Source: Promethearchaeia archaeon
Lineage (GTDB): Archaea; Asgardarchaeota; Lokiarchaeia; Sigyniarchaeales; SOKP01
Direction of reading: 5' to 3'
Length of the DNA: 16,841 nucleotides
NCBI GenBank assembly: GCA_029856045.1
Contig: JAHQWG010000051.1
Span: 1-16,841 of the forward strand
In this document: piece after piece, positions 7,278 to 15,311 of the stretch
How positions within the stretch are numbered: the first letter of the stretch is position 1
How the letters are laid out: the number at the start of each line of letters is the position of its first letter
The notes under the pieces: generated by a model
Databases searched by the model: none
Told to the model about the DNA's origin: nothing
Seen by the model: only the letters and a program-made list of their open reading frames with translations
Program-made: the position numbers and the translations under genes

Positions 7278-8042
7278 TTGATGTTAAAAAATATTACAAA
7301 GCAGAAAATTTTCTTTCTGATTTTAGGTATAATTTTTTTCCTTTATGGTAGTTTTGTAACACTAGACTGGACTCTTTTCTTTTTCGATATAGCCCCAGTG
7401 GTACAACCAGAGATTCCTTATACGCGCATTGCTAAAGTTTCTTCTGCATTTTTATGTGCCACTTTAGCGTGGATTACAGGGATTGATGGTTTTAATAAAA
7501 GTGATACAAAAAAAATTCGAATTGTTTTTATTTCAATTGCAGTGGGAGAAATAATCTTCTTACTTGACATATATATTATGGGTGTAATAATATTTGCATT
7601 AACTCAAATTTTACTCATATGGCGGAATGGACAGGGCTTTCGAAATTACAATCAAACAGAGACCTTGAAAGATCGTTTAAGATGGGGGATTCTCTTGGCT
7701 GCTATAATTTCTCTTATCACCATTTTAATATTCATTTTTATAATTTACCCTAATTTAGTGGGAAGTGATCTATTTGTAGTTATTATAATTTACGCTATTT
7801 TAGTTTCAATATCTTTATGGACAGGTTGGATGACATTTCGAATAGGATTTTTTTCAAAGAAAAATGCCTTGATGATTTCAATCGGAATGATTTGTTTTTA
7901 TATTGCTGATTTTCTCGTAGGATTAAATATATCTCTAGATCCTGGAACATTAAGAATTATTACGCATTATTTTACATGGGTTTTTTATGAACCTGCACTT
8001 TTACTTTTAGCGTTAAGCGGGTATCGATGGAAAGAAAAATAA
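7278..8042 (+). CDS. YhhN / lysoplasmalogenase-like integral membrane protein
   Basis: 7-8 TM segments. AVGEII...GVIIFALTQI, IIYAILVSISLW, GMICFYIADFLVG and WVFYEPALLLLALS parallel the YhhN motifs. SD GGTGA upstream; start is TTG 7278 or ATG 7281. Confidence 0.65.
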   Translation: MMLKNITKQKIFFLILGIIFFLYGSFVTLDWTLFFFDIAPVVQPEIPYTRIAKVSSAFLCATLAWITGIDGFNKSDTKKIRIVFISIAVGEIIFLLDIYIMGVIIFALTQILLIWRNGQGFRNYNQTETLKDRLRWGILLAAIISLITILIFIFIIYPNLVGSDLFVVIIIYAILVSISLWTGWMTFRIGFFSKKNALMISIGMICFYIADFLVGLNISLDPGTLRIITHYFTWVFYEPALLLLALSGYRWKEK

Positions 8043-8156
8043 AAGCAGAATAATGATTTAATATTTGAGATTATACCGAATGGATATATGTATAAATTCG
8101 ATTAAATTTTAAAAAATTTTTACAATAATACTATAAAAGTAAAAAATAAAAGGAAA

Positions 8157-8303
8157 ATGTGGCTCTGCAGCGCATGTCTTCTAGGAATAAAATGTGCTTG
8201 GGATAGTAAGGATAAGAAAAATGAAGCTGCTATTCATCTATTAAAAATAGAATTTTATCAAATAAGAAAAAAAAATATTGTGCATTTCTTTCCCATCAGA
8301 TAA
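8157..8303 (+). pseudogene. Truncated DUF523 (TudS/YbbK-like) gene relic, 48 codons
   Basis: Hand translation MWLCSACLLGIKCAWDSKDKKNEAAIHLLK... matches the DUF523 N-terminal SACLLGxxCxYDG motif. The sequence then degenerates and stops at TAA 8301-8303 with no CPE motif. Confidence 0.6.
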
Positions 8304-8362
8304 TGTTTAAAGCAAAAATAAATACCTTCTGTTTATAAGTAAAAATGTTATTTTAATTCGAT

Positions 8363-8381
8363 GAAAAAAAAGATTTAAATA
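8363..8381 (+). promoter_or_regulatory. Putative BRE/TATA promoter of the surface-protein gene
   Basis: GAAAAAAAAG-ATTTAAATA: a purine-rich BRE-like run followed by TTTAAATA. Confidence 0.45.
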
Positions 8382-8469
8382 CAACATATATATTTAAGTT
8401 TTACATACATTCATATAATTTAACATAAATGTGAAGTAAAGGAATCTAATATAATTAGGTGTAAAAAAC

Positions 8470-10260
8470 ATTAAAAATTTAGAAAAGAAATATATAATCT
8501 TAGGATTTTTCTTCCTATTTTGCATAAGCAATTTTATGCAATTTAATCAAATTGAAATTAATTTCATTGAAGCTGATATTAAAGAAGAAATTTTACCAAA
8601 ACTGAGTGATCAAAATATCAATATAACCACACCGGAAAATAAAACCTACACAGAACCGATGAGTGGCTATTATTTAGCGACATTTGGGTTTGAACATGAT
8701 ATTGATGGAAATGTACCTTTTGGTTGGGCTGATACTTCAGATGCTGTGTGCGGTGCTAACGTTATTTCTGGGCTTGATGGATATAAGAAGGTTTTGGAGT
8801 GTTGGGATCAATCTGGGACTGGATGGTCAAATATACGTAATGATTTTACTCCGCAGGCAAATGGGACAGTTGAATGGTGGTGGCGTCAATCAAAATCTGG
8901 TGTTGCAGGACATATAAAAATTGGGGGTGGTCCAACTTTAAGATGGGCAATCACTGATCAATTACAGTATTATGATTCTGGGGGATTCCATAATGTTAAA
9001 TCAGTAAGTCCAGACCAATGGTACCATCATAAAATTGTTTTTAATTGTGATTTTGATACTTATGATTGGTATATTGATGGTGTTTTAGAAGCAGATGATT
9101 CAGAATTTGAAAATAGCAGATCAACTCTTGATTATTTTAGATTTTATACATGGACAACTCATCAAGATTACTCTTTTTATTTCGACGCTGTAAGTTATTC
9201 TTGGGATCCCAATTATAATATTGGAGAAAATACTCAAGAAGGTTTATTGCTTAACTTTGAAACTAATGAAACCTTAAGCTGGATGGGATATTCATTAGAT
9301 GAACTGAATAACAAAACAATTTTTGGTAATACAACTATTCCGGTACCATATGATGGATCACATTCGATTCAAGTGTTTGGAAACGACTCATTTGGAACTA
9401 TGTATCAATCTGATGTAAGATATTTTTCTGTGGATTTTAATCCTCCCGAAATTACAATAAATTCACCGAATCAAAACGGATCTTGTGGAATAACGGCTCC
9501 AAATTTTGATATTTCCATAATTGAACCAAATTTAAACAGTACTTGGTATTCAATAGATGATGGAATAACAAATACTACATTTAGTGGATTATCAGGGACA
9601 ATTAATCAAACAGAATGGGATAAGAAGGGAGAGGGTTTAGTGACCATTTTGTTCTATGCAGATGATACTTTAGGCCATATAGGATCTGCTAACGTTACTA
9701 TCTTAAAAGATACTATTTCGCCAATTTCATCGATATCATTTATACCACATGAAGGAAATAATGTAGTGAATAAATCAACAACTTTTAAAATTACCACCGA
9801 TGATGGTTTGGGCTCTGGAGTTTCTTTGATAAGGTATAAAATCAATGATTCTGATTGGATTGAATATAATGCCCCTTTTGCCTTATCTACATATAATGTT
9901 GGTGATTATAATATATCGTATCAAGCAATCGATGCGGCAGGTAATGCTGAAGAAATAAAATCAATTTTAGTGAAATTAGTGGAAATAGATAGTTTCAATG
10001 AAGAACTTCTTTTCATAATCATAATTATTGGATCAATTGCAGGATTAATTTTTAGCACATTAATGTTTTTAAAAGCTAAAAGCAAACCAAAAAAAGGACA
10101 AATAACTCCAGAAATACCTCGAGAGAGAGTACCCCCTGAAAAAACATTCCATGAAGTTCAAAAAACAGATATTATGCCTTCTTTTTGTCCTATGTGTGGA
10201 GAAAAAATAATGGGCGAAGAAAAATTTTGTAGTCATTGCGGGGCTGGTCTTGAGGATTAA
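8470..10260 (+). CDS. Large single-pass cell-surface protein: signal peptide, LamG/ConA-like and Ig-like domains, TM helix, cytoplasmic C-terminal zinc ribbon
   Basis: The track ORF 8536..10260 stays open upstream to TAA 8452, encoding IKNLEKKYIILGFFFLFCISNF (signal-peptide-like) after SD AGGTG. Other elements: WYHHKIVF..YDWYIDG (LamG-like), PEITINSP/WYSID/FYADD and SGV..I.YKIN/YQAIDAAGN (Ig-like), TM LLFIIIIIGSIAGLIFSTLMFL, and CPMC-x10-CSHC. Confidence 0.8.
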   Translation: MKNLEKKYIILGFFFLFCISNFMQFNQIEINFIEADIKEEILPKLSDQNINITTPENKTYTEPMSGYYLATFGFEHDIDGNVPFGWADTSDAVCGANVISGLDGYKKVLECWDQSGTGWSNIRNDFTPQANGTVEWWWRQSKSGVAGHIKIGGGPTLRWAITDQLQYYDSGGFHNVKSVSPDQWYHHKIVFNCDFDTYDWYIDGVLEADDSEFENSRSTLDYFRFYTWTTHQDYSFYFDAVSYSWDPNYNIGENTQEGLLLNFETNETLSWMGYSLDELNNKTIFGNTTIPVPYDGSHSIQVFGNDSFGTMYQSDVRYFSVDFNPPEITINSPNQNGSCGITAPNFDISIIEPNLNSTWYSIDDGITNTTFSGLSGTINQTEWDKKGEGLVTILFYADDTLGHIGSANVTILKDTISPISSISFIPHEGNNVVNKSTTFKITTDDGLGSGVSLIRYKINDSDWIEYNAPFALSTYNVGDYNISYQAIDAAGNAEEIKSILVKLVEIDSFNEELLFIIIIIGSIAGLIFSTLMFLKAKSKPKKGQITPEIPRERVPPEKTFHEVQKTDIMPSFCPMCGEKIMGEEKFCSHCGAGLED

Positions 10261-10346
10261 AAAAAAATATTTTTTTATTCTTTCTCTTAAATTCTATAAA
10301 AAAACAATAAAAATAAGAAATATAAAAATTAAATTTTTCCTAAAAA

Positions 10347-10625
10347 TTAAGAATCTAATTGCTTTTGGAGATCGATATAAATCGGAATTTCTTTCCCTTT
10401 CTCTTCTACAACTACTTTTAATAGTCCATCCTCAATGGTTGTACTAATTGGAAGAATAGGGGTTCTCTTCTCTTCAGATTTCGTTCCCGTTGTGAGCATT
10501 CCCTTATTAGCTAAACATGTATGCTCTTCATCATAAAGGTAACATTTTGAACAACAGAATCCAACAGGCATATGTCCTACAATTGAACATTTATCGTAGT
10601 TATCACAATTACAATTATTACACAT
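10347..10625 (-). CDS. Small Cys-rich protein (92 aa): 8-Cys N-terminal domain plus an uncharacterised C-terminal extension
   Basis: MCNNCNCDNYDKCSIVGHMPVGFCCSKCYLYDEEHTC; strong SD GAGGAG before the ATG; a paralog lies immediately upstream. Confidence 0.85.
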   Translation of the reverse strand: MCNNCNCDNYDKCSIVGHMPVGFCCSKCYLYDEEHTCLANKGMLTTGTKSEEKRTPILPISTTIEDGLLKVVVEEKGKEIPIYIDLQKQLDS

Positions 10626-10711
10626 TTTTTTTACTCCTCTTTCAATTATGATGAATTTCTATGATTTTTTCTGTTCCTTTAGTATTTAATTCCCTACTCA
10701 AGATTGACTAT

Positions 10712-10882
10712 TTAAGACTCTAAAATATCTTGAAATTGATCTATTGTTTGTTCGATTCCTCTTGAACATTTCGAAGGAAGTGTTGCATCGTAATAAACAC
10801 ATAAGTTGCAACAAAATCCATAAGGTTGGTAACCGACTACGGAACACTTTTCTTGATTTTCACAATAACAATTATTACACAT
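10712..10882 (-). CDS. Cys-rich microprotein (56 aa), paralog of 10347..10625
   Basis: Not in the ORF track; hand translation MCNNCYCENQEKCSVVGYQPYGFCCNLCVYYDATLPSKCSRGIEQTIDQFQDILES*. 20 of the first 32 residues, including 7 Cys, are identical to the neighbour. Confidence 0.85.
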   Translation of the reverse strand: MCNNCYCENQEKCSVVGYQPYGFCCNLCVYYDATLPSKCSRGIEQTIDQFQDILES

Positions 10883-10909
10883 TTTTACATCATTTTCAAA
10901 ATTTTTTTT

Positions 10910-10969
10910 ATTGCGATATTAAATCGCAATTTTTCACTAATGATATATTACGATAAATGAGTATTTAAA
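10910..10969 (-). promoter_or_regulatory. Putative TATA box (TTTAAATA, 10962-10969) and perfect inverted repeat ATTGCGAT-N5-ATCGCAAT (10910-10930) upstream of the Cys-rich pair
   Basis: Both elements are read directly from the sequence; the palindrome lies between the TATA box and ATG 10882. Confidence 0.5.
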
Positions 10970-11442
10970 TGTGATCATTTTCCACAATTTCTTTAAATAG
11001 AGATTTCATTTTCCTACTTTTTGTCACTTCTTATTATTATCTAAGATCAAAATAAAATATTTCGTATTTATATCTAAATTTAATATTCTGGATCACAAAC
11101 TTTTAAGAATTCTGATTAATAAATTAATCATTTCTTGTTAAATTAAGAGATCTTCATAATAAAATGATCGAAATAGATCAAATATTAAACATGAATTAAA
11201 ATAAATCATAATAAAAATGGAAATTGGCTGTAAGACAATATAAAATTTAATGAAAAAATTATAAGGAAATTAAATAAGAGAGAAATGAATACGCAATAAA
11301 TGGAATATTAATTTTGCAATTCCCTCTATCGGTGATCAAATTTAAAATTTCTCCTTAGTATAATAGTCTTTAATGAAGTAATTGTGAATAAAGTAGAAAA
11401 TAAATATCAATTAATATGAAAAAAAGTTAAAAAATCGAGATT

Positions 11443-12027
11443 TTAATAAATTTTTTTTAATAACCAAGCCATATTTTTCCCTAAATTCTCAAAAGTTCTT
11501 ATACCTTCTTCATCATCTTCTACTTCTCCCGGTTCTAATCCGAAACCCATGTTCCAATAGCTTGAACCAGGTATTATCATTTGGTTTATTAAAAAGAAGT
11601 AATTAATAGCGCTCATAACAGTTGTAGCACCTGCTCTTCTTACGGCAATAACAGCTGCACCTACTTTTCTTTTAAACATATCACCGTTTACCTTAGATAC
11701 TAGTCCTGCTCTGTCAATCAAAGCTTTTACAGTAGTTGATACATTACTAAAAAATGTTGGAGACCCTATAATAATTCCATCTGCATCAAGCATCTTAGCA
11801 ATATATTCGTTCATTTTATCGTCCTTAATACTGCACTTTTTATTTTGATTTTCTTTGCAAAGATAACACTCTCTACATTGGCTCAATTTCTCCATACCAA
11901 TCCAAATCAATTCACATTTAATTTGTTCTTGTTCGAGCTCGTTCATTACCATTCGAAGGCAGTGATACGTGTTTCCCTTTTCTCGAGGACTTCCATTAAA
12001 CAATACTACCTTTATTGGCTTTTCCAT
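11443..12027 (-). CDS. Iron-sulfur flavoprotein (Isf) / flavodoxin-family NAD(P)H-dependent FMN reductase
   Basis: FMN loop NGSPREKGNT, the Isf Cys motif CxxCxxCx7C (CRECYLCKENQNKKC), IIGSPTFF, and PGSSYWN. SD AAGGTGA. Confidence 0.9.
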   Translation of the reverse strand: MEKPIKVVLFNGSPREKGNTYHCLRMVMNELEQEQIKCELIWIGMEKLSQCRECYLCKENQNKKCSIKDDKMNEYIAKMLDADGIIIGSPTFFSNVSTTVKALIDRAGLVSKVNGDMFKRKVGAAVIAVRRAGATTVMSAINYFFLINQMIIPGSSYWNMGFGLEPGEVEDDEEGIRTFENLGKNMAWLLKKIY

Positions 12028-12216
12028 ATAATCACCTTTTTCAATTACTTTATTCTATCATCGATAATTAAATTATATTTCGGTTTAAATTTTAAGACAA
12101 ATTTATTTTATAATTTAAAAAAAGAATATTTTAATAATAAATAATATCAAATCTTATTCTATCTTAATATTTTGAAATCTAAATCTAAATAAAATTTATT
12201 AAAAAGGAAAATAAAT

Positions 12217-14781
12217 ATGAGAAATCTAGAAAAAAAGTTGACTATTAAACTTACGGCTGTAATCGTGATTACAATTGTCTCAATGTCTCTTTTCTCTCTG
12301 GACTTAGGAATAATTCCCCCACTTGGAAGCCTTTTATTTCCAGGTAATGGATTGTGGAAGGTACCAGGGGAAGTCCCAGCAGTAGAAACACATACAATTC
12401 CTGGTTTGTCCGCTGATGTCACTGTTATTCGAGATGAATGGGGAGTACCACATATTTATGCTTCTAATGAAACTGATATGAATTTTGCTCTTGGATATTG
12501 TCATGCACAGGATAGATTTTTCCAGATGGATTTAGCAAGGAGATCTGTCCGTGGGAGGTTATCAGAGATTATTGGTCCCTCTGCTTTAAGTATGGATAAA
12601 TTTAATCTTGCAACTGGAAAAGAATATTGGGCGAATAAATCACTCCAAGCATTAATTCAAATGGATGAATCTGGAGAGATTGATATTATAGATAGGTTGT
12701 ATAGTTATGTTGAAGGAGTAAATTATTATCTAGAACAACAAAGATTAAGAAATGAAAAACCATTGGAATACTATCTTTTAGGTTTCGAACCAACTAAATG
12801 GACTGCCTTGGATTCTATGATTTATTCGAAATATATGGCTGAAATGCTAACATGGCAATATAGTGATTTATATAGAGCAATAAATTTCGAAGCTTTTGGT
12901 GCTATTAATTATACTGAGATTTTCGGCTTACCTACACCTTATCAAATCCCAATTTGTCCTGATTATGGCGAGTACGATGCTCCTCCTGGTGGTTTTTGGA
13001 CAGGATATACTCCAAATCCTTCGATGAGCTCTGTATATTCGAACTTTTTAACTGAAATAAAAAAAATTGATTCACAAAGAGAATTAATTGAATTACAAAA
13101 TGAAAATCTAATAGGTTCAAATAATTGGGTTGTAGATGGGACACTAAGTAATACTGGGAAACCAATACTCTGCAATGATATGCATTTAGCATGGAATATG
13201 CCAGGTATTTGGTATGAGGCTCATTTAGTCTCCTCCGATACCGATTTGAATATTTACTGTTTCACTCTGGCCGGTGTAAATGTACCCATTGTAGGACATA
13301 ACGAACATGTTGCATGGGGATTTACGAATGTTGCGTATGATGTTATGGACTGGTATTATTATAATTCAATCGATGAAGATCATTATATTTACGACGGTAC
13401 ATCGACTGCTTATACAACAAGAAGTTATTCCATCAACGTTAAAGGGCAAGATCCAGAAGAATTTACAGTTAAAGAAACAGTCCATGGACCTGTTTTAAAT
13501 GATTTCCTTGGTAGTAGTATTACAGAAGCTTTTGGAGATGTTGTATTAGCGCCTAGATGGACTTCAAATAATGTGACTCTTGAGTTTTTAGCTCTTTATG
13601 GTTTTAGTCATGCACATAATAGAACTGAATTTGATGAAGCATCAGAATATTTTCATAATCCTGCTCAAAATATGGTCTACGCGGATGTTGATGGCCACAT
13701 AGCGATCCGTCCAACAGGTTTAGTTCCTATTAGAGTAGGAAATGGAACCTTCCCTTACAATGGTTCCGCGGGTGAGGGAGAATGGACTGGGTATATTCCA
13801 TTCGAAAAATTACCGAATACATTAGACCCTTCTCAGCATTATTTAGCAAGTGCAAATCAAATAGCTACTGGTCCTGATTATATTGAATATTTCTTGCAAA
13901 ATTCATATTCTGATGGTTACAGAGCCAGAAGAATTAACGAATTGCTAAGTAAAGCTCCTGATGGGACTGTTAGTGTAGAGAAAATGATTGAAATTCAAAT
14001 GGATTTTAATTCAAGCTCTGCTCAAGCATTTACTCCTTATCTAATAAATGCAATTGAGACTAAATATGGTTCTAATCCATCTGACACTCAAATTAATGGG
14101 GTTCTAACGATTTTAAAAGATTGGAAATATGTTATGGATAAAGATTTGGCTGCACCCACCATTTATAGAAAATGGAGAGACTATTTCGATGATTATACTT
14201 TTGATGATGAAATTGAAGCATATAAAGCTGCCAGTGGACCAGGTTTAAATATCTTAGAGTATTTAATGAGAGAAGTTCCAAATTCTCATTGGTTTGATGA
14301 TATAAGCACATCAGCTGTTGAAAAACGGGATGATATCATTCTAACTGCCTTAGATGACACAATTGACTGGCTCGAAAACTTCTATGATTCAAGCGATCCT
14401 ACATCATGGAGGTGGGGAGATATCCATACAGTTTACTATGGTCATTTAACTGGATTAGAAGCGTTAAGTGTAGGTCCTTTTGAATGGTCTGGAAGTGGAC
14501 ACTGTATAACTCCCTCTGGAGTAAACATTAGAACTGGAGTTGGAAGAGCAAGAGGTGGATCATCAGAGAGATTAATTGTGGACTTCAGTAATTTAAATAA
14601 TACAATTAGTGTAATTCCATCGGGACAAAGTGGTCATTCTAATAGTAAACATTATTCGGATCAAGTGGAGAATTTGTTTCTTCTTGGAAAGTATCACGTA
14701 CAATATTTTACAAACACTCCCACTAACTTTCCAACGAGTTCTATAGAATCAAGAATATATTTTACAGCAGGAGGTGCTTAA
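12217..14781 (+). CDS. Penicillin acylase family (peptidase S45) Ntn hydrolase with an N-terminal membrane anchor
   Basis: RDEWGVPHIYA, GYCHAQDRFFQM, autoproteolytic G|SNNW (Ser codon 13117-13119), NDMHL, TVHGP, QNMVYAD, SANQ, GQSG; hydrophobic N-terminus. Confidence 0.93.
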   Translation: MRNLEKKLTIKLTAVIVITIVSMSLFSLDLGIIPPLGSLLFPGNGLWKVPGEVPAVETHTIPGLSADVTVIRDEWGVPHIYASNETDMNFALGYCHAQDRFFQMDLARRSVRGRLSEIIGPSALSMDKFNLATGKEYWANKSLQALIQMDESGEIDIIDRLYSYVEGVNYYLEQQRLRNEKPLEYYLLGFEPTKWTALDSMIYSKYMAEMLTWQYSDLYRAINFEAFGAINYTEIFGLPTPYQIPICPDYGEYDAPPGGFWTGYTPNPSMSSVYSNFLTEIKKIDSQRELIELQNENLIGSNNWVVDGTLSNTGKPILCNDMHLAWNMPGIWYEAHLVSSDTDLNIYCFTLAGVNVPIVGHNEHVAWGFTNVAYDVMDWYYYNSIDEDHYIYDGTSTAYTTRSYSINVKGQDPEEFTVKETVHGPVLNDFLGSSITEAFGDVVLAPRWTSNNVTLEFLALYGFSHAHNRTEFDEASEYFHNPAQNMVYADVDGHIAIRPTGLVPIRVGNGTFPYNGSAGEGEWTGYIPFEKLPNTLDPSQHYLASANQIATGPDYIEYFLQNSYSDGYRARRINELLSKAPDGTVSVEKMIEIQMDFNSSSAQAFTPYLINAIETKYGSNPSDTQINGVLTILKDWKYVMDKDLAAPTIYRKWRDYFDDYTFDDEIEAYKAASGPGLNILEYLMREVPNSHWFDDISTSAVEKRDDIILTALDDTIDWLENFYDSSDPTSWRWGDIHTVYYGHLTGLEALSVGPFEWSGSGHCITPSGVNIRTGVGRARGGSSERLIVDFSNLNNTISVIPSGQSGHSNSKHYSDQVENLFLLGKYHVQYFTNTPTNFPTSSIESRIYFTAGGA

Positions 14782-14783
14782 AT

Positions 14784-15176
14784 TTGGAAATAATTGAAAA
14801 AGAAAAATACTTTTTATTAAGTATCTTAGTTGGTGCAGTTCTTGCTGGAATTTTAAGCTTAATTCCATTGTGGCACTTGGTTCTTATTGCTGGAATAGTA
14901 GCTGGATTATTGAATCGAACAATGAAGAAGGGAACTTTAAGCGGTGCTGCAGGTGTATGTGTTTGTTGGCTAATAATTATGATCTACGGCATGGTAGTAA
15001 TTAATGCTTACACGTTGATGGATCAATTTGGAGCGCTTCTTATTGGACCCGGGTTTGGCTGGTTGATTTTTATTATTATTTTGCTGGTTGGAACTTTGTT
15101 TGGTGCATTAGGTGGGGCAATTGGAAGTGCAGTGATGATTATAATAAAAGGATATGAAACGTCTGAAAGTTCTTAA
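14784..15176 (+). CDS. Small Gly-rich 4-TM membrane protein (DUF5518-like), coupled to the acylase
   Basis: About four hydrophobic helices with GxxxG motifs (GIVAG, GTLFGALGGAIG). It starts at TTG 2 nt after the acylase stop, with SD GGAGGTG inside the acylase 3' end. The family name is tentative. Confidence 0.75.
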   Translation: MEIIEKEKYFLLSILVGAVLAGILSLIPLWHLVLIAGIVAGLLNRTMKKGTLSGAAGVCVCWLIIMIYGMVVINAYTLMDQFGALLIGPGFGWLIFIIILLVGTLFGALGGAIGSAVMIIIKGYETSESS

Positions 15177-15311
15177 AAAAAACTACTGAAGTCGAAATAA
15201 ATATAACATAAAAATATAAAATTTCACTCTCTTTTTTTTATTTCTGTTTCTTATTTAAAATTAATCATATCAGAAATCAAGCTAAATTAATATAATAATT
15301 ATTGACTTATT

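Noticed and set aside
10347-10882. Cys-rich pair as RiPP (ranthipeptide/sactipeptide/lanthipeptide) precursors
   Set aside because: There is no leader peptide (Cys starts at residue 2), and no radical SAM enzyme, LanM/YcaO or peptide exporter in the window. Maturases acting in trans cannot be excluded.
10744-10956. 70-aa plus-strand ORF in the track
   Set aside because: It is the antisense shadow of the 56-aa Cys-rich gene (10712..10882, minus), which is supported by paralogy.
11113-11130. Perfect inverted repeat TGATTAAT-AA-ATTAATCA
   Set aside because: Almost entirely A/T in a very AT-rich spacer and far from any start codon, so plausibly chance.
11259-11339. 26-codon minus-strand ORF (TTG start, LITDRGNCKINIPFIAYSFLSYLISL) after AAGGAG
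   Set aside because: Very short, the SD spacing is longer than for other genes here, and no homology is evident.
8684-13498. ORFs 8684..8917, 9654..9845, 10250..10447, 11845..12144, 12159..12422, 12932..13192, 12963..13175 and 13307..13498
   Set aside because: Alternate-frame or antisense overlaps of real genes, or low-complexity AT-rich translations.
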